Shown here piece after piece: positions 1 through 8,550 of a DNA stretch of 43,937 nt. The notes under the pieces were generated by a model. The model worked only from the letters and a program-made list of their open reading frames with translations. It was not told where the DNA came from and did no database searches. The position numbers were made by a program, and so were the translations under genes. Origin of the DNA: a virus. The stretch lies in the UHGV virus genome UHGV-0384622; one strand, written 5' to 3'. The stretch's first letter is position 1; every line of letters starts with the position of its first letter.

Positions 1-244
1 TCTCTAAGTCTCCTTGTGTTCCTGTGTTGATGTTGTTCAGTCCGGTGCCATCCTGAGAAACATAATCATATGTTCCGGCTGTATAAAGCCATGCGGCATT
101 GGTTCCTATCAGCGCTGCCAGCGTTACCAGGAACGCTATAAACCAATGCTTTGCATTCCTCTTGCTTTGCTCTATTACCTCTACAGCAAAATACTGTTCC
201 AGCCCTTCCCATGTTGGCTTGTCCTTCTGTTTTTCAATGTTCAT
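1..244 (-). CDS. hypothetical small membrane protein, partial (ATG at 244, runs off window start)
   Basis: AGGAGG (rc of 254-259) 9 nt upstream of ATG; one TM-like stretch HWFIAFLVTLAALIGTNAAWLY; the + strand ORFs 14..271 and 99..311 lack RBS. Confidence 0.4.
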   Translation of the reverse strand, partial: MNIEKQKDKPTWEGLEQYFAVEVIEQSKRNAKHWFIAFLVTLAALIGTNAAWLYTAGTYDYVSQDGTGLNNINTGTQGDLE

Positions 245-540
245 AAATATTTTCCTCCTGTGCTTGCGTAATACAGGAGAAAATGGTAAAATATTCCTGT
301 ATCCGCATTAGACTGATTAATGTGTGATACCGGGGTTATCTGTGTTCGAGACAGGTGGCCCCACCTTTATTTTGTTTCCTTGCTTCTATGACTTCCTTCA
401 TTAAGAAATCCATCCACGGGTATTTTTCTGCTTGCATATGTACAAGTTCATTAAATGATTTATCACTAAGCGAAATGCAATCATCATAAAATTGAGTTCC
501 GATTAAAATAATATTTCCTCCTTGTAAGCTAATCTGAGAA

Positions 541-1287
541 TTACTTTTCCCTCCTTAAAAACTTGTTAATAAAATACTGCTGACCTTTTCCAGTAACTTT
601 GGTAGTCTTGTTTATTCTTACGGAGCCATCAGGATTATTCACTGTACTTTCCTTCACCTCAAACAATCCAGCCTCCATACTGCGTTGTGTTGGCATATTC
701 CATTCCGAACCATTCCGTTTAATGAGATAGCCATTATCCCTCAACCAAGAAAATAGTCTTTTCTGTCCGATGTCCACGCCGTTTTGTTTAATCAGCTTTG
801 CCAAGTCACCAATAAGAATTGATGTATGACTAGTTGCCACAGCATCAGCGAATATTTCTTTCGGTTTCATACGCTGAACGTCCTCCAGGAGTACAGTGTT
901 TTGTGACTTTAGTTTGTCAATGGTCTTTCCTGCCATTTTTAACGCCCTTGCCATGACCTGCTCCGGTGTGTTCCATGCTTTCTCTAAGTCAAGGAAATAC
1001 TGACGGTACTGCCTGCCTTTTTCGGAACGTTGTATCATGCAAATCTGTTTTGCCATGTCTACGCTAATCTGATAGTCAACTATCTCCCTTTTAACCTCTC
1101 TACTTCCCTCAATTTGAACCCGCTCATTTTTGAGCATGTTGAAATCTTTACCGATTTCAAATCCATATTCTGCCATTCTAGGAAACCAATCCTTAAAAGC
1201 TGTCTTGATTTCCAGTCCCTCATGCAATTCCCTTGCCGATACTGTTGGCTGTTCAGCATCGTAATTGATTTTTATAATTTCTTCCAT
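541..1287 (-). CDS. phage antirepressor (AntA-like N-terminal plus KilAC/ANT C-terminal domain)
   Basis: 248 aa; C-terminal LIGDLAKLIKQNGVDIGQKRLFSWLRDNGYL typical of KilA-C/ANT; sits downstream of the Cro-like gene. Confidence 0.7.
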   Translation of the reverse strand: MEEIIKINYDAEQPTVSARELHEGLEIKTAFKDWFPRMAEYGFEIGKDFNMLKNERVQIEGSREVKREIVDYQISVDMAKQICMIQRSEKGRQYRQYFLDLEKAWNTPEQVMARALKMAGKTIDKLKSQNTVLLEDVQRMKPKEIFADAVATSHTSILIGDLAKLIKQNGVDIGQKRLFSWLRDNGYLIKRNGSEWNMPTQRSMEAGLFEVKESTVNNPDGSVRINKTTKVTGKGQQYFINKFLRREK

Positions 1288-1300
1288 TAAATCTCCTAAT

Positions 1301-1501
1301 CTAAGAAATAAGCTTGTCCACTTTAACTTTTAAAACATCCGCGACCGCTTTGAGGCTTTTTACAGTTGGGCTTGAATCATTCCATTTGCTAATAGCTCCA
1401 TTTTTTAATCCTGCTTCGATTTCAATAGACCTAACGCTCAAACCTCTTTCTTCGCATATTTCTTTAATTTTGTCATAAATCAATTTATCACCCCCTCTCA
1501 T
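1301..1501 (-). CDS. Cro-like XRE-family HTH regulator (alternative TTG start at 1483 with AGGGGGTGA RBS)
   Basis: 60-66 aa; HTH LIYDKIKEICEERGLSVRSIEIEAGL..ISKW; divergent from the cI-like gene. Confidence 0.7.
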   Translation of the reverse strand: MRGGDKLIYDKIKEICEERGLSVRSIEIEAGLKNGAISKWNDSSPTVKSLKAVADVLKVKVDKLIS

Positions 1502-1525
1502 TTTAGAAAATATTCAGCAAAACCC

Positions 1526-1554
1526 TTGACAAAACTCAGAAAGTATTCTAATAT
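1526..1554 (+). promoter_or_regulatory. sigma-A type promoter for cI/ImmA/int operon: TTGACA-17-TAATAT
   Basis: TTGACA at 1526-1531, 17-nt spacer, TAATAT at 1549-1554. Confidence 0.6.
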
Positions 1555-1631
1555 AAAGTTACCACACAATTTATTAGAAAAATATCTGTACCCATTAAGT
1601 TTTACCGAAAGTTTTCTGTGTTCATACCTCT

Positions 1632-1659
1632 ATTATACAGAATTCTTTCTAATTGTCAA
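1632..1659 (-). promoter_or_regulatory. sigma-A type promoter on - strand facing the cI promoter: TTGACA-16-TATAAT
   Basis: rc of 1654-1659 is TTGACA and rc of 1632-1637 is TATAAT; lies inside the cI leader and points toward the cro-like gene. Confidence 0.55.
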
Positions 1660-1702
1660 GCCTTTTTTACAGAAATTTTTCTGTAGGTTAGAAAGGAGTT
1701 AT

Positions 1703-2125
1703 ATGACCGTATATGAGCGGATTGAAAGCTTAAGGAAATCCACTGGGCTTTCGCAAGGAAAATTAGAAAAAGAGCTTGGTTTTTCTAATGGTTCTGTATC
1801 AAAATGGAAAACCAGCACTCCCACACCGGAGCGATTACAGAAACTCGCTGATTTCTTTGGTGTAACTGTTGATTACTTAATGAATGGGAAGGAGGAAACC
1901 CCAGAAGAAAAGAAGCCCACTCTTTCTAATAACGAAGAGCTTAATGTAATTAATGATGTTGACGAAATTATGAAGCGCATAAGGAACAACGAGACGGTTG
2001 TCCTAAGATTTAACGGCGAGGATTACTCGGGGGATGAGGATGAGGATAAATTATTAAGAGACTCACTGTTATCACTTTGTAGGGCAGCTAAGATTAAGAA
2101 AAAGCAGGAAGGCTTTGGAGAGTAG
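1703..2125 (+). CDS. cI-like XRE-family HTH repressor (ImmR-like)
   Basis: AAGGAG RBS; N-terminal HTH MTVYERIESLRKSTGLSQGKLEKELGFSNGSVSKW; acidic C-terminal tail; followed by an ImmA-like gene. Confidence 0.75.
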   Translation: MTVYERIESLRKSTGLSQGKLEKELGFSNGSVSKWKTSTPTPERLQKLADFFGVTVDYLMNGKEETPEEKKPTLSNNEELNVINDVDEIMKRIRNNETVVLRFNGEDYSGDEDEDKLLRDSLLSLCRAAKIKKKQEGFGE

Positions 2126-2128
2126 CGA

Positions 2129-2554
2129 TTGGAGATTAAAGATACTGTTTTGAATCTGGTTGAAAAATACGGAACCAGAAATCCTATGGAACTTGCGGAC
2201 TATTTAGGTTTTATTGTACAAAAGCATGACCTGGGGAAATACTCGGGTTACTACATAGAATACGAAGGAGTACCGTGTATATGCATCAACTCACGCATTA
2301 CCGATACCAAATACAGTGATATTGTCTTAGCCCATGAAGTAGGTCATGGGGTGTTACACAAAGGTACTGAATGTATGTTTTTTGGAGGAACTTTTTTTAG
2401 TAAAGCCAAGCCAGAGCAAGAAGCAAATATTTTTACTGCGGAGCTACTGATACCGGATACTACTATATTAGAAAACCCAGGATTAAACAAAAAGCAACTT
2501 TCCTGTTTAACAGGATACAGAGAAAAACTTTTTGAATTTAAAGAATGGAGATAG
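2129..2554 (+). CDS. ImmA/IrrE-family zinc metallopeptidase (anti-repressor protease)
   Basis: HEXXH motif LAHEVGHGVLH; classic ImmR-ImmA gene pair arrangement; TTG start with GGAGAG RBS. Confidence 0.8.
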   Translation: MEIKDTVLNLVEKYGTRNPMELADYLGFIVQKHDLGKYSGYYIEYEGVPCICINSRITDTKYSDIVLAHEVGHGVLHKGTECMFFGGTFFSKAKPEQEANIFTAELLIPDTTILENPGLNKKQLSCLTGYREKLFEFKEWR

Positions 2555-2743
2555 CCTATGCGTCCCAGTCAATACCATTATATAAAGCGCATGTGGGTAA
2601 GAAGTTCGTATAAGCGAAAAGAAAAAAGGAAACGTATATTATTGCTACCATTTCGACTGTTTTATAATTTATATAGTTTTCCTTTTAGGTTAATGGCCTA
2701 TCCATTTAAAAGTAGCAGAAAAATAAAAACATATAAAAATGAT

Positions 2744-3238
2744 ATGTCTAAAGAAATAATAAAAGGTATTTTGGGTGGGGTATCAATTTTACTTATAATA
2801 TTTTTAATATTATACTGTATTCAGAATTTCTTTTATTTATTTGGTTATGGACCTATAATATTGTTTGTGATTTTATTATCTATATTTATATATTGTAAGT
2901 GGGCTAAAAAAGAAATCTATGAATTACCAGAAAAAATTTTAGAACATATAAAAACATTGGCAGAAATCGTAAACACCACCAAAGATGAAGATATATTTGA
3001 AACTTCATTGAATGAGATTAAAATAGAATTGAATAAATTGGTATCTTATGAAAAAAATGGATGTCTGGGGCCAGAATTTTGTCCATCAAAGGACCTGGAA
3101 AAAATTACTGCTAACGAACAATTAACCAGAAAAAGATTTGAAGAAAGAAAAAAGTTTGATGTAGAACAATATGCAAAAATGTGTAATGCCTATATTGAAC
3201 ATCAAGAAGAGATGGAACAGTATAAGGATTCTAATTGA
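2744..3238 (+). CDS. hypothetical 2-TM membrane protein with coiled-coil C-terminal domain (cargo gene)
   Basis: two hydrophobic helices (GGVSILLIIFLILYCIQNFF, GPIILFVILLSIFIYC); very AT-rich; start uncertain because upstream is AT-rich with no SD. Confidence 0.5.
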   Translation: MSKEIIKGILGGVSILLIIFLILYCIQNFFYLFGYGPIILFVILLSIFIYCKWAKKEIYELPEKILEHIKTLAEIVNTTKDEDIFETSLNEIKIELNKLVSYEKNGCLGPEFCPSKDLEKITANEQLTRKRFEERKKFDVEQYAKMCNAYIEHQEEMEQYKDSN

Positions 3239-3285
3239 ATCACAGGGATGGTTATTGAGTCTGATGCACATTACGGAGGATGTTC

Positions 3286-3981
3286 ATGAGTATTAAGGGC
3301 GCTTCGCAAGAGTTATTTGTAGGTAAAAAGGATTCCAAAATTATAGACTTGTTTGGGAATTCTACAAAAATTTTTTACTCAGATTTAAAAAAAATTGAGT
3401 ATTGCTATTTTCAAATTGGCGTAGGTGGTGGATATCTGGATTTTGTTTATGATTCAAATAATGTAAAACGTTTTGACTTTAATCATAAAGCAAATGATAA
3501 AATAAGAAGAACTATTGAACTAATACAAGAAAATAATCCAGAATTAGAAATTATTGAACATTCTACTGAAGATTATAAATTCTATCAAAAGGATTGGTTT
3601 TATCTTCTAATGCTTTTCATTTGTTGTATGCCTTTAGGATTGTTTTTAATGTGGTATTACAAAAAAGGCACAAAATCAATGCGAATTATACTTACGGTTT
3701 TATTTATAACTTTATGGGGCATTGGGATATTCTCATCATGGCCACGCACTTACAGTTATCACATAACACTGAATGAATATAATCAATGTACTACTGGAAT
3801 GACATACCAAGAATGTGTAAATATAATTGGTGGAGAAGGAGAACCTATGGCAGAAACTAATATTTTAGACATTAATTCTACCGCATACATTTGGTACGGA
3901 GATGATTCATCAGGAGCTAATGCAACGATGTATTTTACAAATGGAAAATTGACTTCAAAAGCGCAATTTGGTTTGAAATAA
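3286..3981 (+). CDS. hypothetical membrane protein: N-terminal bPH-like domain, 2 TM, C-terminal BLIP/DUF3862-like domain (cargo gene)
   Basis: GGAGG 6 nt before ATG at 3286; TM pair FYLLMLFICCMPLGLFLMWYY / RIILTVLFITLWGIGIFSSW; C-terminal GMTYQECVNIIGG...YIWYG...ATMYFTNGKLTSKAQFGL resembles DUF3862. Confidence 0.5.
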   Translation: MSIKGASQELFVGKKDSKIIDLFGNSTKIFYSDLKKIEYCYFQIGVGGGYLDFVYDSNNVKRFDFNHKANDKIRRTIELIQENNPELEIIEHSTEDYKFYQKDWFYLLMLFICCMPLGLFLMWYYKKGTKSMRIILTVLFITLWGIGIFSSWPRTYSYHITLNEYNQCTTGMTYQECVNIIGGEGEPMAETNILDINSTAYIWYGDDSSGANATMYFTNGKLTSKAQFGLK

Positions 3982-3982
3982 G

Positions 3983-4016
3983 TAAAAACCGGCCCCTGCG
4001 CCAACAGGAACCGGCC
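3983..4016 (-). terminator. hairpin plus U-tract oriented for the - strand
   Basis: ccggcccctg/caggaaccgg stem (8 of 10 bp) preceded on + strand by AAAAA (a U-run when read on the - strand). Confidence 0.35.
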
Positions 4017-4147
4017 TACATACCCGAAGATATGCACTATAATTCGCACCTATATTGTACCATCTTCGGGGCGGCTTTGCAAGATATTTGCGGAGCTGTA
4101 TTTTTTATACCTATTTTTAGGAAAATCAATTGAAGGAGGAAAGAGAA

Positions 4148-5218
4148 GTGACTACAAAAGCCCCGAAAAAGAAAAAAGGAGAACTACCATCCAAAAATAT
4201 CCGTGTACAATTATATTTATACACGGATGAAAAAGGTAAACGGCATTACAAAAGCTTTGTTGCCCCATCACGCAAAATCGCACAAGAAATGGCTGCCAGA
4301 TGGAAATTAGATATGAAGGATAAGCCCATAGAGAAATACAATGAACCGGAAGAGGACGAAGAAGATATTACAGTCAATGATGCTATTGAACGCTATTTAA
4401 GCGCCAAGAGCGGTGTTTTAAGCCCTTCTACGCTTAGAGGGTACACTGGTCTGCAAAGACAGTATTTCGGCGGCGCATTTGGTCAAAAAAAGCTTTCAGA
4501 ACTGACAAGTCCATCTGTGCAAATATGGGTAAGTAATTTAGCTGCAAAAAAACTATCTCCAAAGACGGTAAGAAATGCCTATGGTCTGTTATCTCCAACA
4601 CTGGAAATGTTTGCACCCGAATTAACTTTAAACGTTAAACTGCCTCAAAAAAAACGTCCTAACTTATATTGCCCCAATGACAATGATATTAAAAAGTTGC
4701 TGGATGCTATTAAAGGCACTGATTTGGAGATAGCTGTATTATTGGCTGCGTTTGGTCCACTTAGGAGAGGGGAGATAAGCGCTCTAACTGATAAGGACGT
4801 GGATGGAAAAATTATCCATGTAAGAGATAATATGGTCAAGGGGCCAGACAATCAATGGTATATCAAACAGCCAAAGACAGATGACAGTACAAGGGATGTA
4901 GAAATGCCCGCATTTGTAATTGACCGGATATCTAAAAGAAAAGGAAAGCTGGTTGACATGAACCCGGATTACATCACACACCGATTCGGGCGAGTACTCA
5001 AAAAAATTGATATACCACACTTCAGATTCCATGACCTACGGCATTATGCTGCATCCATTATGCACGCTATAGGGATACCGGACCAATATATTTTGCAGCG
5101 GGGAGGATGGGCCAGCGACAATATTATGAAAACCGTATACAGAAATGCGATTGACTCTGAAACCGTCCGGCAAAATAAAAAAATTAATAAGCACTTTGAA
5201 AAGTTGAACAGCATGTAA
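4148..5218 (+). CDS. int: tyrosine site-specific integrase
   Basis: GTG start with AAGGAGG RBS (alternative TTG at 4130); catalytic-region motifs LRRGE, HDLRH, C-terminal VYRNA; lies beside an attP-like region. Confidence 0.85.
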   Translation: MTTKAPKKKKGELPSKNIRVQLYLYTDEKGKRHYKSFVAPSRKIAQEMAARWKLDMKDKPIEKYNEPEEDEEDITVNDAIERYLSAKSGVLSPSTLRGYTGLQRQYFGGAFGQKKLSELTSPSVQIWVSNLAAKKLSPKTVRNAYGLLSPTLEMFAPELTLNVKLPQKKRPNLYCPNDNDIKKLLDAIKGTDLEIAVLLAAFGPLRRGEISALTDKDVDGKIIHVRDNMVKGPDNQWYIKQPKTDDSTRDVEMPAFVIDRISKRKGKLVDMNPDYITHRFGRVLKKIDIPHFRFHDLRHYAASIMHAIGIPDQYILQRGGWASDNIMKTVYRNAIDSETVRQNKKINKHFEKLNSM

Positions 5219-5506
5219 TAAAATAGCATATTTTTCGTGTTGCATCGTGTTGCATATATCATAAAAAATATAATATAATCCTCCGTAATAGGCAGAGGAA
5301 GTGATGTTTAAAAACATGAAAAAACCTTGTAAATACGTTGTTTTTCCCGTATCTACAAGGTTTTATGGAAAAGCTGCTGACGGGAATCGGACCCGTAAAA
5401 TACAACGGTTTTATGCGGTTTGTAGGCTCCGTGTTGCATTTCGTGTTGCATATTTCCGAAGATGGTACTTTATTTATAGAAGCGTCAGAGTCAATTTCTG
5501 GTGCTT
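5219..5506. other. candidate attP: four direct CGTGTTGCAT arm-type repeats flanking an imperfect inverted repeat core
   Basis: CGTGTTGCAT at 5236-5245, 5246-5255, 5430-5439, 5442-5451; inverted repeat ccttgtaaatacg (5325-5337) / cgtatctacaagg (5348-5360); sits between int and the endolysin. Confidence 0.4.
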
Positions 5507-6247
5507 TTATATTGAATTAGAATCCTCTATGTACCAAATTTCCTGCGCTCCATTATCCCGGCTATGCCAGCAAGCGCCCTCCAGCGGTCCATCCGGTGTC
5601 GGGTCAAAATAATACCAATCGCCAGAACCGTCATCCGGGTCACATATGCTACCATTCCATCGGTGCCAGCTGGTGCAAGCATATCCGTCCTTATTAAACA
5701 GATACCAATGGTGATTTATGACACACCACTTATTAGCCGGGTAGGTCCCATCTGGCCTGCGGTACCACCAACCGTTATTATCTTTAATCCAGCCAGTGCG
5801 TTCCTCCGTCACCCAAGTTTTCATAAATTCATCCGGGTTACGATACAATTTCTTGATTCCAGATGTACTACTTCCCCAGTCTGGAAGCTGAAAATGCGGC
5901 TTGTCTACAATAGACTTCCAATTTCCTCCCCACTCAAGACCAATGGATACACCAATAACACCCACGTGGTTAAAAAAGCCACCAATTTCGTTATAGGCCC
6001 CAGCTCCATCATTGCGGAATATATCAAAAGCCGTTCCCCACTGATGATAGGAGCTGTAGCTACTGCCAGGAGCATTAGTGACAATATTCCCTGGCTGAGT
6101 TCGACCCTGGGCGTATAAAGCATCCTGTTCTGCCACGGTCCGCAGTGTTTCGCCTATCTTAATTTTCAATCCCTGTTTATTGCATTCATCCACCAACTGG
6201 CCCGCTAAAAGTTGCAAGCGTGGATGGCACAATGTAATATCTCTCAT
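5507..6247 (-). CDS. endolysin: M15 (VanY-like) peptidase domain plus CW_binding_1-type cell-wall-binding repeats
   Basis: LHPRL...SYHQWGTAFD (M15 zinc-site pattern); C-terminal GW/WYY repeats (GWIKDNNGWWYRR, WYLFNKDGY, DWYYFD); GGAGG RBS inside the end of the upstream gene. Confidence 0.8.
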   Translation of the reverse strand: MRDITLCHPRLQLLAGQLVDECNKQGLKIKIGETLRTVAEQDALYAQGRTQPGNIVTNAPGSSYSSYHQWGTAFDIFRNDGAGAYNEIGGFFNHVGVIGVSIGLEWGGNWKSIVDKPHFQLPDWGSSTSGIKKLYRNPDEFMKTWVTEERTGWIKDNNGWWYRRPDGTYPANKWCVINHHWYLFNKDGYACTSWHRWNGSICDPDDGSGDWYYFDPTPDGPLEGACWHSRDNGAQEIWYIEDSNSI

Positions 6248-6249
6248 AA

Positions 6250-6375
6250 TCATCCTCCGATTATACTGTTTTTCTGCTGCTCTGTAATCCATCCAATTGA
6301 CACAGCCCGGTTGAGTTCAGCAACAGTTAATGGCCCTTTACCATTGTTATATAGCCTTTTTAAAGTTGTATACAT
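6250..6375 (-). CDS. XkdX-family small phage protein (41 aa; below the ORF-track cutoff)
   Basis: MYTTLKRLYNNGKGPLTVAELNRAVSIGWITEQQKNSIIGG fits the XkdX pattern (..Y..G.......AV..G.IT.......I.G); GGAGGTG RBS; its stop overlaps the lysin start. Confidence 0.6.
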   Translation of the reverse strand: MYTTLKRLYNNGKGPLTVAELNRAVSIGWITEQQKNSIIGG

Positions 6376-6376
6376 G

Positions 6377-6790
6377 TTACACCTCCAGCTGACTTAAAAT
6401 TATTGCATCCACTGTATCTTGCAATGTCTGTACTGTATCCCGGATATCTGGCCTACGAAGTTTAACTACCATAACGGTATCTTTCACTTCCTTGGTTTCA
6501 TAATTCGGTTCTTCCTCGGTGCCGGTATTTACTGTTTCAGAAGATATGACATAATCCATTTTCTTGCGCATCTCCACCAGCTGAGTAAATCCGGTTTTTA
6601 CTTCAATCGGCTGACCATCCAAACCAAGTATGTAAATTTTCTCTGCATTTGTAGGATTAAATTCGGATTCTACCATCTCAAAGCTGTCTAGGCCGGGAAG
6701 AAACGACAGGGTTAGGTAATCGCTGGATTCTTCCACCCCGTTTGTTATTAAGTCGTATTTTGTGTTGTTTGATAGTTTTAATTGATTCAT
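6377..6790 (-). CDS. hypothetical protein (XkdW-like position upstream of XkdX)
   Basis: ATG at 6790 with AGGAG RBS; the longer track ORF would overlap the tRNA; no TM segment. Confidence 0.45.
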   Translation of the reverse strand: MNQLKLSNNTKYDLITNGVEESSDYLTLSFLPGLDSFEMVESEFNPTNAEKIYILGLDGQPIEVKTGFTQLVEMRKKMDYVISSETVNTGTEEEPNYETKEVKDTVMVVKLRRPDIRDTVQTLQDTVDAIILSQLEV

Positions 6791-6848
6791 CTTACTCCTT
6801 TCATGGATATGTTTTTTAATATGTTTTTTATATAGTAAATAGCAATTC

Positions 6849-6936
6849 GGAGAAATACTCAAGAGGCCGAAGAGGCGCCCCTGCTAAGGGTGTAGGCTGG
6901 GCAACCGGCGCGAGGGTTCAAATCCCTCTTTCTCCG
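6849..6936 (+). tRNA. tRNA-Ser (anticodon GCT), class II with long variable arm, CCA not encoded
   Basis: acceptor GGAGAAA/TTTCTCC perfect 7 bp; D stem CTC/GAG; anticodon stem CGCCC/GGGTG; loop CTGCTAA (U33, GCU, A37); T arm GAGGG-TTCAAAT-CCCTC; discriminator G. Confidence 0.75.
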
Positions 6937-7090
6937 CTCCATTTTCCAAATGATTATTTGGTGGCAAAAGTAAAAACAGCATATGTTATTTAAGCATAGA
7001 TACGTCTGGAAACTTTAAAATTACGCCACAAGCAGCAGTTGCATCTGGTGACGCTATGTCTATCATGGAGTATTATGTCTAAATGATCAT

Positions 7091-7777
7091 TTACCATCCC
7101 TCCGAAACAACTTTAGATTGATTGGTTGCCCAGTTGTCAGTTGTCCGGTACATGGTAAGTTGCCCAGTATTCTCAATTTGGAGGCGATACCGTATACTCT
7201 CTCCAATATTTAGTGTCATGGCTGCCCACTGGTTATTATTGGACAATTCCACATACCATCCTTCTGTTCCTTTGGTCCTTACCGTGGATCCAGCAAGGGG
7301 GCCATCATAACCATTGGAAAAATTTCCCTCAAGCGAGGATACGCGATTATTTGTACTTCCCAAATTGCTATTTATGTTATCAATCGCGCGCTGCATCGAA
7401 TAGGACAGAGAGGATGACGGAACCATATCATCCGAATTCACTTGAACAGTTGAAATAGAAGTTTTTTTAATCAAATTATTAACAACTTCGTTTGTAAGAT
7501 AATCAATCAGACTTTGCGCAGATACAGACTCACCTACATTTCCAATTGCTCCATAAGTATCCTTTGCAACAACATCTGCTAACGCATTGGCACTAAATCC
7601 CTGTGCCATTAATATGTAATTTATCTTATCATTATTAGGTATTATACCCGTAACTGTGCGAAGGGTAATGTATGTACTATTTTGGTATAAAATCATTGTA
7701 AGCTGTTCGTAAGTGGTGTCAGGATTATATTCGCCACCATTTGTTATCATCCATTTACCCAAGTCTGTTGTTTCCAT
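7091..7777 (-). CDS. hypothetical tail fiber / receptor-binding associated protein
   Basis: position downstream of the fiber genes; Ser/Asn/Thr-rich; no recognizable motif. Confidence 0.4.
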   Translation of the reverse strand: METTDLGKWMITNGGEYNPDTTYEQLTMILYQNSTYITLRTVTGIIPNNDKINYILMAQGFSANALADVVAKDTYGAIGNVGESVSAQSLIDYLTNEVVNNLIKKTSISTVQVNSDDMVPSSSLSYSMQRAIDNINSNLGSTNNRVSSLEGNFSNGYDGPLAGSTVRTKGTEGWYVELSNNNQWAAMTLNIGESIRYRLQIENTGQLTMYRTTDNWATNQSKVVSEGW

Positions 7778-8550
7778 TATGCCACCTCTACAATCACATG
7801 ATTATTTGAATTCACCGAAAATGTTACATTTTTTCCTTGTTTACACATTAAATGTCCAGTACCATTATCAAGGGAAAATTCTGGGAATGTTAGTTCCGAA
7901 AAGGATGCTGCTCTGTCAGCTTCCATTTTCGCCTTCTCGCTATACCATTTACTGTTGTCATTATCTTCGTTGTCACGGCTTGATGTCCCCCCTACCGCCC
8001 AGCTTTTTGATGCAATATAATATTTTTCTGAAGATGTTGCCGCAGTTTGCGCATCGAGCATATACTGCCTGATAGTGGTCATAACAGACTGTTCCAACTT
8101 TGATAACGTAATTGACCCGTCCACAACCTCCGCTGTAATTGTTCTATCGCTGATTTTCATGGAGATTGTTGCTGTGCTATCAACAGAGTATACAAACCTG
8201 GTTAAGTCAATAATCGTTTCTGTACCATCCGCAAGTTCAAGTACAAGTTCATTGTCATCTGTAATATGAAAATTTACAACGACCTTTTCAATCGCTAAAT
8301 CATACGTTTTTGTCGTGCCATTTTTTTGCCTTACCGTAAGAATACCAGTATCTACATCCATTGTAACGTCCTGTACCATGGTATTCACTTCGGATAACTC
8401 TGCCTTATCTTGCGACAGTGATAAAATATGCTGAGCGCATTGCAGAATTCCGCTATCCATATGACGAAGGTTTTTCTTTCCCAATGGAGTGGATTTGTCT
8501 GGGAAGTTCAGCCACCCAACAATCGTATAGAATATGCTATCCAGTCTCAT
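7777..8550 (-). CDS. hypothetical tail protein
   Basis: position in the tail fiber cluster; start overlaps the previous stop. Confidence 0.4.
   Translation of the reverse strand: MRLDSIFYTIVGWLNFPDKSTPLGKKNLRHMDSGILQCAQHILSLSQDKAELSEVNTMVQDVTMDVDTGILTVRQKNGTTKTYDLAIEKVVVNFHITDDNELVLELADGTETIIDLTRFVYSVDSTATISMKISDRTITAEVVDGSITLSKLEQSVMTTIRQYMLDAQTAATSSEKYYIASKSWAVGGTSSRDNEDNDNSKWYSEKAKMEADRAASFSELTFPEFSLDNGTGHLMCKQGKNVTFSVNSNNHVIVEVA

Noticed and set aside
340-530. AGGAGG directly after the antirepressor stop, followed by a ~57-codon frame on the - strand
   Set aside because: The frame has no ATG, GTG or TTG start near the RBS (only ATT/ATA), so a gene cannot be supported without evidence of non-canonical initiation.
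3783-4049. 88-aa - strand ORF overlapping the end of cargo gene B and the intergenic hairpins
   Set aside because: It has no RBS. It overlaps a better-supported + gene and the structured region.
5375-5395. acgggaatcggacccgt hairpin as a possible tRNA 3' fragment marking attP
   Set aside because: The loop AATCGGA does not match the TTCRAAT consensus and no acceptor-stem homology is visible. It was kept only as part of the attP-like core.
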